DNA from: a virus | Lineage: Duplodnaviria > Heunggongvirae > Uroviricota > Caudoviricetes | Direction: 5' to 3' (one strand) | IMG/VR virus record: IMGVR_UViG_2565956719_000002 | DNA: 64,000 bases | Part shown: piece after piece, positions 9,550 through 18,829 of the stretch | Layout: each line of letters begins with the position of its first letter | How positions within the stretch are numbered: position 1 is the first letter of the stretch | Position numbers and translations under genes: made by a program | Notes under the pieces: model-generated | The model's input: only the letters and a program-made list of their open reading frames with translations | What the model was told of the DNA's origin: nothing | Database searches by the model: none

Positions 9550-10186
9550 CATGGTCCACCTCATGCTTTTCAGCCACCAGCGGCAATAAAGCCCTGGCCA
9601 TCTTATGAACCAATAGTGCATCAATAATGCCAAGCGTATGCCCCGGCTTAATGTTTAATGCCGCCTCAAGGTGACACCTTTCCAGGTCACTTTTCTCGGC
9701 TTGTTTATGATGATCTGGTGTAATAACGTCGCCCAAAACACGGCTAATTCTTTCTCGTAATTGCTGGGTGCCAGCACACTTGATCGCTGTATCGTGGAGA
9801 CGGTTAACCAGTTCGCGATAAACATGCGGCTTAATGCGGATACGTTCACCGGTGACGCCCTTTCCTGGCGCTGGCACCGAACTATCCGGAATATCCGGAT
9901 AGTTGCCAGCCTCGTAAGCTACCCACAGCCAGTGCATGAATGTTTCAGTGGACACACAACCACAGTCCACATCGATTTTTCCGCGTTGCTGTTCCAGCCA
10001 ATGCTCAAAATTCAATCTACACGTATTACTTTCATGTTGCTCTTTTTGTCTCAAGGCCAGCATCTGCTGGGCTATTTCCAATACTTCATCTGCCGTATAT
10101 CCAGCACCGTGACCATACATTTCGATACGGGAAATAATCTCTGATATGCGCTCTTCAGTGATTCTGGTCATTTCTTTTTGCGCCAT
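9536..10186 (-). CDS. hypothetical protein (216 aa)
   Basis: long ORF in co-directional array. Confidence 0.5.
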   Translation of the reverse strand: MAQKEMTRITEERISEIISRIEMYGHGAGYTADEVLEIAQQMLALRQKEQHESNTCRLNFEHWLEQQRGKIDVDCGCVSTETFMHWLWVAYEAGNYPDIPDSSVPAPGKGVTGERIRIKPHVYRELVNRLHDTAIKCAGTQQLRERISRVLGDVITPDHHKQAEKSDLERCHLEAALNIKPGHTLGIIDALLVHKMARALLPLVAEKHEVDHANES

Positions 10187-10542
10187 TTCTTTTCACATTC
10201 CTTAGTCCATTTTTCAATGTTCATTTTGGCAATATCAGTCATTCCATCACCTAAGAAATACTTTTTCCGGTACGTCTTGCACTTAAACCACACTACAACA
10301 GCCACCAGCCAGAAAATAAAAGGCCATACGGCAATACCAACTCCAGCCGCGATAAAGCCCAATATCCATAAATGAAGCTCTCCAACTTCTGTTTCCGGCA
10401 ATATTCTTAAAGAATTAAACAGCAGGCTGAACGAATGGTCGTATGCATTGGCAGTATAAGACATGCAATCCATATAATTAAAGTCATAGCCTGCGGCTGC
10501 CGCCCATAATGGGCGGTCAAGAAAATGTTTTAGTGTCATCAT
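10168..10542 (-). CDS. hypothetical membrane protein (124 aa)
   Basis: hydrophobic segments, lysine-rich C-terminus. Confidence 0.4.
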   Translation of the reverse strand: MMTLKHFLDRPLWAAAAGYDFNYMDCMSYTANAYDHSFSLLFNSLRILPETEVGELHLWILGFIAAGVGIAVWPFIFWLVAVVVWFKCKTYRKKYFLGDGMTDIAKMNIEKWTKECEKKWRKKK

Positions 10543-10548
10543 ATTAAT

Positions 10549-10842
10549 TTAAGGTTCAGACCAGTTATCTTCAATAGCAATGCTTAATCTTTGTAGCCAT
10601 TCTGCTAATTTCAGCATTGCTTCTCTTTCGCTTAAACCACACGGAAAATCATCAAGCGATATTGTTGGCTTGAAGTTTCCCAAATTATCCATTTCAACGG
10701 TCAGATTTTGCTCCAGAACGGTATTTCTTACGCGGCTATTGTGCCGAAGCAAATATACTGAACGTGATTTATTGGTTTTGTGGTCGAACGTATATTCGGT
10801 AAGTATCATCTGACTTCCGCCATGATTATTACCGCGCCACAT
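10549..10842 (-). CDS. hypothetical protein (97 aa)
   Basis: ORF in operon context. Confidence 0.4.
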   Translation of the reverse strand: MWRGNNHGGSQMILTEYTFDHKTNKSRSVYLLRHNSRVRNTVLEQNLTVEMDNLGNFKPTISLDDFPCGLSEREAMLKLAEWLQRLSIAIEDNWSEP

Positions 10843-10865
10843 AATTACTCCGTGTTAATTGAAAT

Positions 10866-11147
10866 TTAGCTATTAATCTTCACTTTTATCGCGAACACCT
10901 TTACCGGTTTATCACCGAAGTGTGGATGTGTGATTGTTTTTATTTCATATCCGTTATACGGGACGTCAATTCTGCGACTGAAGTCTTCGCGCTTCGGATA
11001 TCCCTTTGTGATAATCAGGCGGTAATACTTACGGTTAACGAGGCGCTTATTCCAGTAGTCATTACACAGGCGATACTCTTCCGTTTTCTCCCCGCGAATC
11101 ATGGCATCGAAGTATTCACCTTTAACGGCAAGTTGCAGGTTAGCCAT
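10866..11147 (-). CDS. ASCH/DUF3850-like small protein
   Basis: RGEKTEEYR motif (GxKTxExR); GGAGGTGAGG RBS; TAATG overlap with upstream gene. Confidence 0.45.
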   Translation of the reverse strand: MANLQLAVKGEYFDAMIRGEKTEEYRLCNDYWNKRLVNRKYYRLIITKGYPKREDFSRRIDVPYNGYEIKTITHPHFGDKPVKVFAIKVKINS

Positions 11148-11407
11148 TACCTCACCTCCAGTCTCCATACCGCCTGACCAATCCGGCTGGCATGGGTATC
11201 TTTGGATACTGTTCCGTCTTTAGCCAGCTCCATAAGAATTTTGCGCAAATCTGCCGAACGCCATTCTTCATCAGGAAATTCCTTCTCCATTGCCAACCGC
11301 AGATTCCAGGTTGCCATCCTGAATGGATATTCCCCGCCGAGAGCTTTATCTTGCAGGGCAGCCCGGGAACGCATCACCTGCAAAACCTTCTCTTTTACAT
11401 CCATCAT
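11147..11407 (-). CDS. hypothetical protein (86 aa)
   Basis: start placed at MMDVKEK...; coupled to neighbours. Confidence 0.4.
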   Translation of the reverse strand: MMDVKEKVLQVMRSRAALQDKALGGEYPFRMATWNLRLAMEKEFPDEEWRSADLRKILMELAKDGTVSKDTHASRIGQAVWRLEVR

Positions 11408-11943
11408 TTCGCCTCCTGCGGCGGTTCTGGTAGCGGCATCCAGAACAAGGCGTTCCCTAACCACGATAAAGTGCCGTCGCTCAACTCCACGTATTCCCCT
11501 TGTACCTGTCCTGCCATATACTCGCCGTGCTTTGAATAAATTAAAATCCAATCATCTTGAGGGGGCATTCGCTCACTACAGCTTATCCAGCCATCCGGAG
11601 TTACCGGAGAGTTGCCATTTACATCGAAGTTTGGCTCTGCGTCCTGAACCAGGAGGATGTAACCATTCTTGGCTGTATCAAGTTCTAACGCCTCGGTGAC
11701 GGTGCCGAAATAGCGATTACCTAAATCAGCATCACAAGTGCTTACATCAATGGAAACTTCCATGCCTTCGATTAATTCTGGTAAGTTGTAAGTTTGGTTT
11801 ACAGGCTCTGCTTCCAGCGATGCCAGAGCAATTCGTGCCAGTTCTTCCGCTTCTTCTGCTGGCAGTACAACGTTGCTACCCGGTCCGTATGTTTCGCGCC
11901 ACTGCTTGATTGTCAGCAGTCGCTCTTTGGTAATAGTGATCAT
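11404..11943 (-). CDS. DUF551-like protein
   Basis: C-terminal PDGWISCSERMPPQDDWILIY region; N-terminus shared with 12818-13180. Confidence 0.5.
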   Translation of the reverse strand: MITITKERLLTIKQWRETYGPGSNVVLPAEEAEELARIALASLEAEPVNQTYNLPELIEGMEVSIDVSTCDADLGNRYFGTVTEALELDTAKNGYILLVQDAEPNFDVNGNSPVTPDGWISCSERMPPQDDWILIYSKHGEYMAGQVQGEYVELSDGTLSWLGNALFWMPLPEPPQEAK

Positions 11944-12455
11944 GCCGCGTTTCCTTCTTTCTTATTAACAATTACACCGTCATATATTTCATTAAGGTGC
12001 CCTCTCAACTCCATGCGCCTTAATGCAGATAACATGTAATCGCATTCAACCTGCTTATTTCCAGTAAATGGCTTATCGTCAGGATTACCCCAACAGCAAT
12101 TACCCTTGGGCCACCCATGTACTTTCCGTACTCTTCCGTTAACAACGTGAAGTAATCCCCAGCCAGGTGGTAAATCCTCAACTGAAATAATTCCCGGCTC
12201 ACTAATAAAGAATCGCCAGTCGCCCATTCCAAGAGATGGATTTTTACGAAAACGCTTTTTTCTATCTGCCAACAAGTCAGCACGAGAACACTTCGCCTCT
12301 ATCAGGCATGATGCTGAATTTCTGAATCCCATAGCATCTGGCTGTTCTCCGGTACTGGTTACAGCTATAAAGCGGTCATGAAAACAAACCTTGAACCCGT
12401 TACGCTTAAGGAACTTATACGCAATCTGACAGAGTTCGCGGTGTGTTAACGCCAT
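11940..12455 (-). CDS. putative PD-(D/E)xK nuclease-like protein (171 aa)
   Basis: PDAMGF ... LIEAKCS motif; AAGGAGAG RBS; start at MALTHREL. Confidence 0.4.
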   Translation of the reverse strand: MALTHRELCQIAYKFLKRNGFKVCFHDRFIAVTSTGEQPDAMGFRNSASCLIEAKCSRADLLADRKKRFRKNPSLGMGDWRFFISEPGIISVEDLPPGWGLLHVVNGRVRKVHGWPKGNCCWGNPDDKPFTGNKQVECDYMLSALRRMELRGHLNEIYDGVIVNKKEGNAA

Positions 12456-12456
12456 A

Positions 12457-12645
12457 TCACTCTCCTTTAGTGCGCAAGTGGTTTTTCCAGCGGTTTTGCG
12501 CCGCGCTGGGCTTTTTGCAAAAACCACAATCCATCATCCCGTAATATTTCATCAACCCCATCCGTCGGTTGCTGAGTCTCACCCACTGCCAGACGCCAGG
12601 AGCGTTTCTACGAACTAACAGAATCTTTGCTTTACGGTTTTTCAT
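12457..12645 (-). CDS. small basic Cys-containing protein (62 aa)
   Basis: AGGAGA RBS; stop overlaps downstream start (TGATATGG). Confidence 0.3.
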   Translation of the reverse strand: MKNRKAKILLVRRNAPGVWQWVRLSNRRMGLMKYYGMMDCGFCKKPSAAQNRWKNHLRTKGE

Positions 12646-12817
12646 CGCTTTGCTCTCCTGCGTCTCTTTGCTGCTCGTCGTGCCGCTGCAATACCGGTAT
12701 GGCGGCGCTTTGGTGCCGGGATGATGTTGTCAGCCATCAGGACATGTGGCTTTGCAATTAGCGCAGAAGCCCAAAAACGAGTCGGGTACGGTAACAAGCC
12801 GAAAAATGCCACACGCA

Positions 12818-13180
12818 TTACTCACCTCCCTTACCCTGAAGCATGGCAGCGCGGCAGGCGTTCCAGCCATCAACATAATCAAACGTATTGCTATCGTCTG
12901 GCTCGATTTCATCCGGCACTACCGGCTCTGGTTGGATAGTGACGTTGGCAAAGGCAGCACGCAAACCGGCCTTAATTTCCTCTACTTCATCAGCGCCTAG
13001 CGATGAATCTGACAATGCGTGATGGAATGCGTAAGCCATGTCGTCGTTTACTGCAACCGGTTCGGCTTCCAGTGATGCCAGCGCAATTCGTGCCAGTTCC
13101 ATTTGTTCGCCACGGGTAAGCCCGTTATCAAGCGGATTTTTAATGAATAATTCGATACGTTCTTTGGTAATAGTGGTCAT
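12818..13180 (-). CDS. hypothetical protein sharing N-terminal module with the DUF551-like protein
   Basis: MTTITKER...ELARIALASLEAEPV shared with 11404-11943. Confidence 0.45.
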   Translation of the reverse strand: MTTITKERIELFIKNPLDNGLTRGEQMELARIALASLEAEPVAVNDDMAYAFHHALSDSSLGADEVEEIKAGLRAAFANVTIQPEPVVPDEIEPDDSNTFDYVDGWNACRAAMLQGKGGE

Positions 13181-13386
13181 TTGTTAATCCTCAAAACTTT
13201 ATGCCCGGGCGCAAAAGCACGTGTTTTGTCTTTACTTATTCGCCACCCGTCTTTACGGGCCTCTTTTGCACAACCAGACCATGACGTACCGATATACTCA
13301 CCGAAGTCTGGCACTGGATATACACCTTCCGTACACTGGCGGCAGTCACAATAGAGATGCATGGTGTAACTTGCAGCGATAGCCAT
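13177..13386 (-). CDS. small Cys-rich protein (69 aa)
   Basis: TGATATGG coupling with upstream gene; start at internal Met. Confidence 0.35.
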   Translation of the reverse strand: MAIAASYTMHLYCDCRQCTEGVYPVPDFGEYIGTSWSGCAKEARKDGWRISKDKTRAFAPGHKVLRINK

Positions 13387-13387
13387 A

Positions 13388-13831
13388 TCACTCTCCTTTG
13401 ATGCGAATGCCTGTTGCAATGCTGTTTATGATGCTGTCAGTGCATGGGGTAGAAAGCTGGGCATCTCCAGCAATTTTCATGACATCAACATCTGCATATC
13501 GAATACCGAGGTGTATCAGACCGGCTATACCTGACTTAAGCCGAGCATTTTCCATAAACAGATCCTTTGCCCGCTGTTTTTCTGCCTCAAGCTCAACGCG
13601 CAACTTCCCTACCGTTAGCGCAATATCCTCGTTCTCCTGGTCGCGGGATTTGATGTATTGCTGGTTTCTTTCCCGTTCATCCAACAATACCAGCGCGATA
13701 TCTGGCGAAAAGTGCTTCATAAAATCGTTAAGCGCATTAATTCGCTGATCGAAAGGCATTACAGGTGCTTCACCAGCAATTTTTGTTTTTTCAGCGATTT
13801 CACGAAGCTTTTGATAATCAATCTTGCTCAC
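13388..13831 (-). CDS. Ea22/Ead-like lambdoid early-region protein
   Basis: N-terminal MSKIDYQKLREIAEK module and coiled coil, paralogous to neighbours. Confidence 0.45.
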   Translation of the reverse strand: MSKIDYQKLREIAEKTKIAGEAPVMPFDQRINALNDFMKHFSPDIALVLLDERERNQQYIKSRDQENEDIALTVGKLRVELEAEKQRAKDLFMENARLKSGIAGLIHLGIRYADVDVMKIAGDAQLSTPCTDSIINSIATGIRIKGE

Positions 13832-14562
13832 TGGTTGCCTCCTTTGCGAAGCTGGGCAGCAAAGTCAACTAACCACTCAGTCATTTCAACCTTCCCTACC
13901 AAGTCTGAACCAGGGTGCATACAGCAATCACTCTGCGCCGCTTTGAAATCCTTATACTCATATTCTTGGGCCACCAGATTTTTTGCAGCTTCTATAGCAG
14001 CATCCACCCCCTGCGCCCGGACTTCAGCCAAGAAAGCGTCGGTGGCTGACATATTTCCTGTTGCCTTCATGGCCTTCAAAATAACCAGAACGCCATCTCG
14101 CCCAACCACCTCAGCGATAACCTCGGTGTTGTCGCCAACAACATCGCAGAATGCCTGAACTGCCTTACGAGCCAGCTCATTCTCCACTGCCAGCGCCGTG
14201 CGATTACCCTCCAGCTCTGCAATGCGCTGTTTTGCGGCATCCAGTTCAATCGACAATTTTTCCAACTGCTCTTGATGCTTCTTGTATTCCTGATATGCGT
14301 GCCAAGACTGACCTTTGCGCACACTATCAGTGATATCAGTAATCTGTTCTGGTGTTAGCGTGGTCAGTGGCTGTGATGGGAAAATAAGCACTTTCCCGGA
14401 ATCCCAATCAAAACCAGCGTGAATTGACTGAACCTCAACTGAAGGTGTTGAACCAATGCTGCCAGGCGAATGAACAACGATTGTTACATCCATATCGCGA
14501 CGATGGCTGTGGTTGTTGGACAAAATACGATTCACCAACTCAGAAAATTTGGAAAATTTCAT
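13828..14562 (-). CDS. Ea22/Ead-like protein
   Basis: coiled-coil; C-terminus ...LRKGGNQ shared with paralogues. Confidence 0.45.
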   Translation of the reverse strand: MKFSKFSELVNRILSNNHSHRRDMDVTIVVHSPGSIGSTPSVEVQSIHAGFDWDSGKVLIFPSQPLTTLTPEQITDITDSVRKGQSWHAYQEYKKHQEQLEKLSIELDAAKQRIAELEGNRTALAVENELARKAVQAFCDVVGDNTEVIAEVVGRDGVLVILKAMKATGNMSATDAFLAEVRAQGVDAAIEAAKNLVAQEYEYKDFKAAQSDCCMHPGSDLVGKVEMTEWLVDFAAQLRKGGNQ

Positions 14563-14882
14563 GCTGATTCCCCTTTCTCTGCTCTCTCCTGTCGGAACAT
14601 CACTATCATCAGGTCGCCTTTTGTCGCTATCCTGGCTGTTGTACCTGGTTCAATGCGGCTAAGCTCAAATGCGTCATAGAACGCTTCTAATGCCTTCTGG
14701 CGTAGTTCCTGTTTGCGCCGTTTTTTCCACTGTTTTAGGAAAATGGAACCCAGCCATCGCCATGTACGGGACATGATGTAAAGCCAACCGAGAAGTGCCA
14801 GACCGGTATTTAGGAGCGTATCGATCGTTATTGTCGTGTCGATATTCACTGGCTGCTTCCTTTGCGAATCTGTTCCGCCCAT
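14559..14882 (-). CDS. small putative membrane protein (start uncertain)
   Basis: hydrophobic segment; overlaps upstream gene so true start is probably internal. Confidence 0.3.
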   Translation of the reverse strand: MGGTDSQRKQPVNIDTTITIDTLLNTGLALLGWLYIMSRTWRWLGSIFLKQWKKRRKQELRQKALEAFYDAFELSRIEPGTTARIATKGDLMIVMFRQERAEKGESA

Positions 14883-15583
14883 TCTTCAAGGGATTTCTCC
14901 GCATATTCACCAGACAGGCCATCAATCGGATGCGCTTCATTAGCCAACTCTTCTTTCGCTGACAAAATCATGCGTGTAACGTCGAAAACTTCACGCAAAG
15001 ACTTATTGATAAATCCGTGATTGAACGCAGCAGCAAGACGGCTGGCGGTATAGTTAATCCCCTCGTTGCGTGCTTCCGCACGAATTTCAGCAAGAAAAGC
15101 ATCGGTAGCTGGAGTTTCGCTGTGGTGTAGGGCATCGTTGATAATCATTGCAGCAACACCAGCCTGCCCTGCATCCGTGACCGACACATGCTCAAGAGTT
15201 ACGGCCATTGCGTGTTTCAGCCCGGCGTTCTCTGCCACCAGCGCCGCGAGCTTAGTCTCAAGCGGTGCTATTCGGCACATAGCATCAATATTTGTGTCCT
15301 CCAGGCGCTTAATTTCACCAAGTAGCGCCAGTGCAACCTTTGGGTTGAATGCGGCAACATAACGAGCGTTGTTCTCTGCGTTTTTCAGCCCATCAAAGCC
15401 GGTCCATTTGATAACATCTTCACATCGTTTATCACCGGGCGTATGCACCGCATACGTACCAGTACCCGGCGAAATAAATGCGACCCATTCGCCCTGTGTT
15501 GCCTGTTTTGCTATCTCACGCAGTGCCCGGTAATTAATTTTGCTCACTGGCTGCCTCCTTTGCGGAGTTGCGCTTCGATGCAC
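14846..15583 (-). CDS. Ea22/Ead-like protein
   Basis: SKINYRALREIAK N-terminal module, ...IRKGSSQ C-terminus; start probably internal GTG near 15543. Confidence 0.45.
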   Translation of the reverse strand: MHRSATPQRRQPVSKINYRALREIAKQATQGEWVAFISPGTGTYAVHTPGDKRCEDVIKWTGFDGLKNAENNARYVAAFNPKVALALLGEIKRLEDTNIDAMCRIAPLETKLAALVAENAGLKHAMAVTLEHVSVTDAGQAGVAAMIINDALHHSETPATDAFLAEIRAEARNEGINYTASRLAAAFNHGFINKSLREVFDVTRMILSAKEELANEAHPIDGLSGEYAEKSLEEWAEQIRKGSSQ

Positions 15584-15783
15584 GAAAAAAAAGACTCCCG
15601 AGTATGACTGTTAAGAGCTGGTGCGAACGCCGCGTTAAGAACGGCAGCATCACAGCCGTCATCAATATAGAGCGCAATTTTTTTCTCCAGGCGCGCTTTG
15701 GCTTCCTGCAACTGCATACCCCGGCACGCACGCGGGATATAATCAGCAATTTGAGCGATAGCTTTTTCGTTCTGTTTAAACAT
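15544..15783 (-). CDS. hypothetical protein (79 aa) with the ...LRKGGSQ C-terminal junction
   Basis: shares C-terminal junction with the Ea22-like paralogues. Confidence 0.4.
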   Translation of the reverse strand: MFKQNEKAIAQIADYIPRACRGMQLQEAKARLEKKIALYIDDGCDAAVLNAAFAPALNSHTRESFFSCIEAQLRKGGSQ

Positions 15784-15979
15784 GCTTCACCTCGATAGGC
15801 TTGATGGTGTCTAACAGCAGTCGACGGCGCGTATTTTCTGCAAAGTGGCGGCGTCCGGTATCTTTGTGGTAAAACTCATTTTTGCCGACGACCCACATCC
15901 GCTCTGTTTGGTGCAGTTTTTTTACCTGCGGACCGTCTTTGGTGATCACGGTGCCGGTATGGGTTTTTACGATTGTCAT
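15776..15979 (-). CDS. hypothetical protein (67 aa)
   Basis: coupled ORF. Confidence 0.35.
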   Translation of the reverse strand: MTIVKTHTGTVITKDGPQVKKLHQTERMWVVGKNEFYHKDTGRRHFAENTRRRLLLDTIKPIEVKHV

Positions 15980-16062
15980 GCCACTACCTATTCGAACAGA
16001 TGAACGAGACAGGCTGATGCTCGTCCACCTGAAAAACTGACGATTTGATGCATACTCACGGT

Positions 16063-16791
16063 TTATTCCTGAATGCGCTTAAACTCGATTACCCACACCC
16101 AGGGATTAGCGTTCCAGCTTTCTTCACCATAGATGGATTCCCACAGGCGCTGGAACGCAACCTTGGCCATTGCGAAATCCCCCTTGGGAGTAAGGAATGT
16201 TCCCGGGTGATCAGGAAGCAAACTTCCAGCAGGCGGAACGCCCTCAGCCCTTGCATCGCATTCGCTGATATCGTTCAACCGTTCAACGCGCACGTTGGTA
16301 ATTTCCAACAGAATGCGTGATGCCCATCGCGGCATGTGAATTGATGGACGCCACCCACCATCAAACTTTTCATTCACAGTGTGAGGTTTCCAGTCGGCAT
16401 CATCGGGTATCGACCATAAGCCGTAATCACCAGGTTTTTGCTCGCAACTGGCCCGATAAATCCTTGCTGCGTTCTTCTCATCGCCACGACAAAGGTTGTC
16501 GTTCCAGTCCACACTGCAACCATCCTCATTGCCTAATATCGCCCATGTTTCACGAACCCAAATTCGATCGCCGACGATACCAAAGGGGCAATTGAAAACA
16601 CTGCTTACACCATCAGCCCCGTACCACTGAAAACCTGCACCAATTTCCCTAACCATCACTGGTGCTTCTGGACCAACTTCCGCAGGCTGATTTTTCATTA
16701 TCCGCCGCGTCTGCGTTTTCCTTCCTTCGAGGATGGCTCGGACCATCTCATCGTTGAAAATCATGCCGCGCTCTTTCACTTCGCCTTTCAT
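16063..16791 (-). CDS. ASCH domain protein (242 aa)
   Basis: N-terminal MIFNDEMVRAILEGRKTQTRR (GxKxxxxR). Confidence 0.5.
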   Translation of the reverse strand: MKGEVKERGMIFNDEMVRAILEGRKTQTRRIMKNQPAEVGPEAPVMVREIGAGFQWYGADGVSSVFNCPFGIVGDRIWVRETWAILGNEDGCSVDWNDNLCRGDEKNAARIYRASCEQKPGDYGLWSIPDDADWKPHTVNEKFDGGWRPSIHMPRWASRILLEITNVRVERLNDISECDARAEGVPPAGSLLPDHPGTFLTPKGDFAMAKVAFQRLWESIYGEESWNANPWVWVIEFKRIQE

Positions 16792-16800
16792 GCATCCCCC

Positions 16801-16887
16801 TTACCCATGCGCGACGATGCCGCCAAAAGTGATAGAGAACAGCCAGAAATAGATCGCGGCCATAATGATTTTGAATGCCGTGTTCAT
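16801..16887 (-). CDS. small hydrophobic peptide (28 aa, MNTAFKIIMAAIYFWLFSITFGGIVAHG)
   Basis: AGGAG RBS 9 nt upstream; not in the ORF track (below 60 aa); immediately upstream of the ASCH gene. Confidence 0.3.
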   Translation of the reverse strand: MNTAFKIIMAAIYFWLFSITFGGIVAHG

Positions 16888-16969
16888 ATTTTCAGCTCCT
16901 GTGATTGATTGGATACATGCCGCGCCTTACGGCATGTTTTTATTTTCACTTTCTCTGTTTTAAAAATCA

Positions 16970-16986
16970 AGATTTATTAGAGCAAT
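16970..16986 (-). promoter_or_regulatory. C1 operator-like site (ATTGCTCTAATAAATCT, 16/17)
   Basis: motif match upstream of the small peptide / ASCH operon. Confidence 0.55.
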
Positions 16987-17492
16987 TATTGTTGATGTAG
17001 AAGCGCGTTTTCATACTCCCTGACCATTAACGTAAGTACGCCGTGACTCCTGAAAACACGCGCCACTTCAATCTTATCTTCCAGCGCGAACGCAATTTTA
17101 CTTAGACCAATTTTCTTCAGGAGATCAATCTTTGCTGGACCGTCATTTCTGTCATCGGTGGCAGGACGCATAGATAGCAAAGGCTCCGCCCCATTTGTTA
17201 CGTGCTTACGCAACCAGGCTCGTGTTTTATCCCTGGCTATCTCACAGCGCCCGGTTACAAACCAGAGGGTGTAAATGCCGGACAACTGGCGCACCATATC
17301 AATAACTGGAGTGATGGGAGCATCAGTGTCACAGGCAAGGTTAAACTCGTTCCAGTGCTCTGTTAATGCACCTTTGCCAGGTGGTGGAAGTAAATGCAGC
17401 CTGTCTTCCGTTGCCTCTGATATCGTCCCATCAATATCTACTATGACGATGTACGGACGTTCCTGGTGTGCGTGTTTATTGAAAATACTCAA
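16986..17492 (-). CDS. HAD-family phosphatase-like protein (168 aa)
   Basis: IVIVDIDGTIS (DxDGT motif I). Confidence 0.5.
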   Translation of the reverse strand: MSIFNKHAHQERPYIVIVDIDGTISEATEDRLHLLPPPGKGALTEHWNEFNLACDTDAPITPVIDMVRQLSGIYTLWFVTGRCEIARDKTRAWLRKHVTNGAEPLLSMRPATDDRNDGPAKIDLLKKIGLSKIAFALEDKIEVARVFRSHGVLTLMVREYENALLHQQ

Positions 17493-17565
17493 ATGCCCTC
17501 CTCATTGGACGAAAAAAAATGCTGGTGGGAGCACTCCACCAGCATTAAAAGTGACACTGTAACTA

Positions 17566-18828
17566 TCAGCGAACGTAAATAGTGCCGCCGTTCTCTTTTT
17601 CCCATGCATCGCTACGTGCATAGCAAACATCGAGAAGTCTTCTTGCCGCAGTTTCCTCTAAACCCAATTCGACAACCAACTGCTCATGACGGCGGGTAAC
17701 CACATCAAACAGGGTATGCAGCCCTTTAGTTGCCAGATCATCAATGAATTCCGGTTCGAACGGCAGCTCTGCATCTGCCAACATAACCTCTTGCGCCCAC
17801 TCAACTCGACGGACCAATTCCGGGCGACGGCTTTCCATCTCTTTACAGATCAATTCATGGAAGAACTCTACCCAACCTTCCGGCTGGAACTCGCGGAAAA
17901 TTGCCAACGGCTGGAAGTTTGGCATCAACCATTCGTTGATTCGGATATCAATGGCATAGCCCATGTCGCAGCAGAACTGATAAGCAAAGTCCAGCTTAGA
18001 AACGATATAAGGACGCTCGTTATTGAACTCTTTAGGCGATGAGATCCCATAAGCCAGGAGGCGCGGGAAGAAGGAGATTTGCCCTAACGTCGGATGAAGT
18101 TTGCTTGCAGGGAAACGGCGCTCAGTAATGCCATACATTTCCTTCTTGAGCGTCGCAAATTTGGCATTCTCATTAACCAGCGCGGTAACCTCTGCTTTTT
18201 TATTAGCAAATGCCACGCGCGCCTCGCTTGCATCTTTAATAGTTTTTTTGAGCTGTTGGTTAAGGTCGGCGACCTGCTTACGCAGTTCCTGTCGCTCGCT
18301 TTTAGCTTTGTTATAGCGTTTCTCAAGGTTAAAAGGATCAAGTTTCATGATCTCTTTATATTGAGATTTTAGCGTTGAAATCTGTGAGTTCCGCAGTTCA
18401 ACCATCGCAGTCATTTCATTGAGTTTTGTTTCCAGCTCAATGCTTATACGTTCGGCATTATCAGCACGCTGGTTGGCGTCATGCGTCGCATCGTCGATCG
18501 CGTCCTGTTGCTGGCGTTTCAAATGTTCAATTTGCAGCTGAAGCTCTTCAATTTCTTTACCCTTCAGACCGAGATCCAACTGCATATTTTCAGCTGCATC
18601 TACCAGGGAGTTATGGCTATCAGCTTCTGCGTTATAAACATCAATAAGCTGTGCGTGAAGCATCTCCGCTGACTGAACCGCATTATCAAAAAAACGCGCT
18701 GTGAGGTCATCACAACTAACGCGGCGTTGCGCGGCCCGGATGTTCTGGATAATGGCCGGGATACCGGCATTCAGGACGTCAGGGATAGATACATTTTCGA
18801 TTGATTGTTTTTGTGCTGAAGTGCTCAT
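17566..18828 (-). CDS. hypothetical protein (420 aa): N-terminal coiled coil plus unknown C-terminal domain
   Basis: long ORF; heptad-rich segment about aa 60-230; no recognisable catalytic motif. Confidence 0.55.
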   Translation of the reverse strand: MSTSAQKQSIENVSIPDVLNAGIPAIIQNIRAAQRRVSCDDLTARFFDNAVQSAEMLHAQLIDVYNAEADSHNSLVDAAENMQLDLGLKGKEIEELQLQIEHLKRQQQDAIDDATHDANQRADNAERISIELETKLNEMTAMVELRNSQISTLKSQYKEIMKLDPFNLEKRYNKAKSERQELRKQVADLNQQLKKTIKDASEARVAFANKKAEVTALVNENAKFATLKKEMYGITERRFPASKLHPTLGQISFFPRLLAYGISSPKEFNNERPYIVSKLDFAYQFCCDMGYAIDIRINEWLMPNFQPLAIFREFQPEGWVEFFHELICKEMESRRPELVRRVEWAQEVMLADAELPFEPEFIDDLATKGLHTLFDVVTRRHEQLVVELGLEETAARRLLDVCYARSDAWEKENGGTIYVR

Positions 18829-18829
18829 T

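Noticed and set aside
16914-16946. GC hairpin plus T-run as a terminator for the small-peptide operon
   Set aside because: The T-run follows the hairpin only on the plus strand, whereas the adjacent genes and operator-linked promoter are on the minus strand; treated as a leader structure instead.
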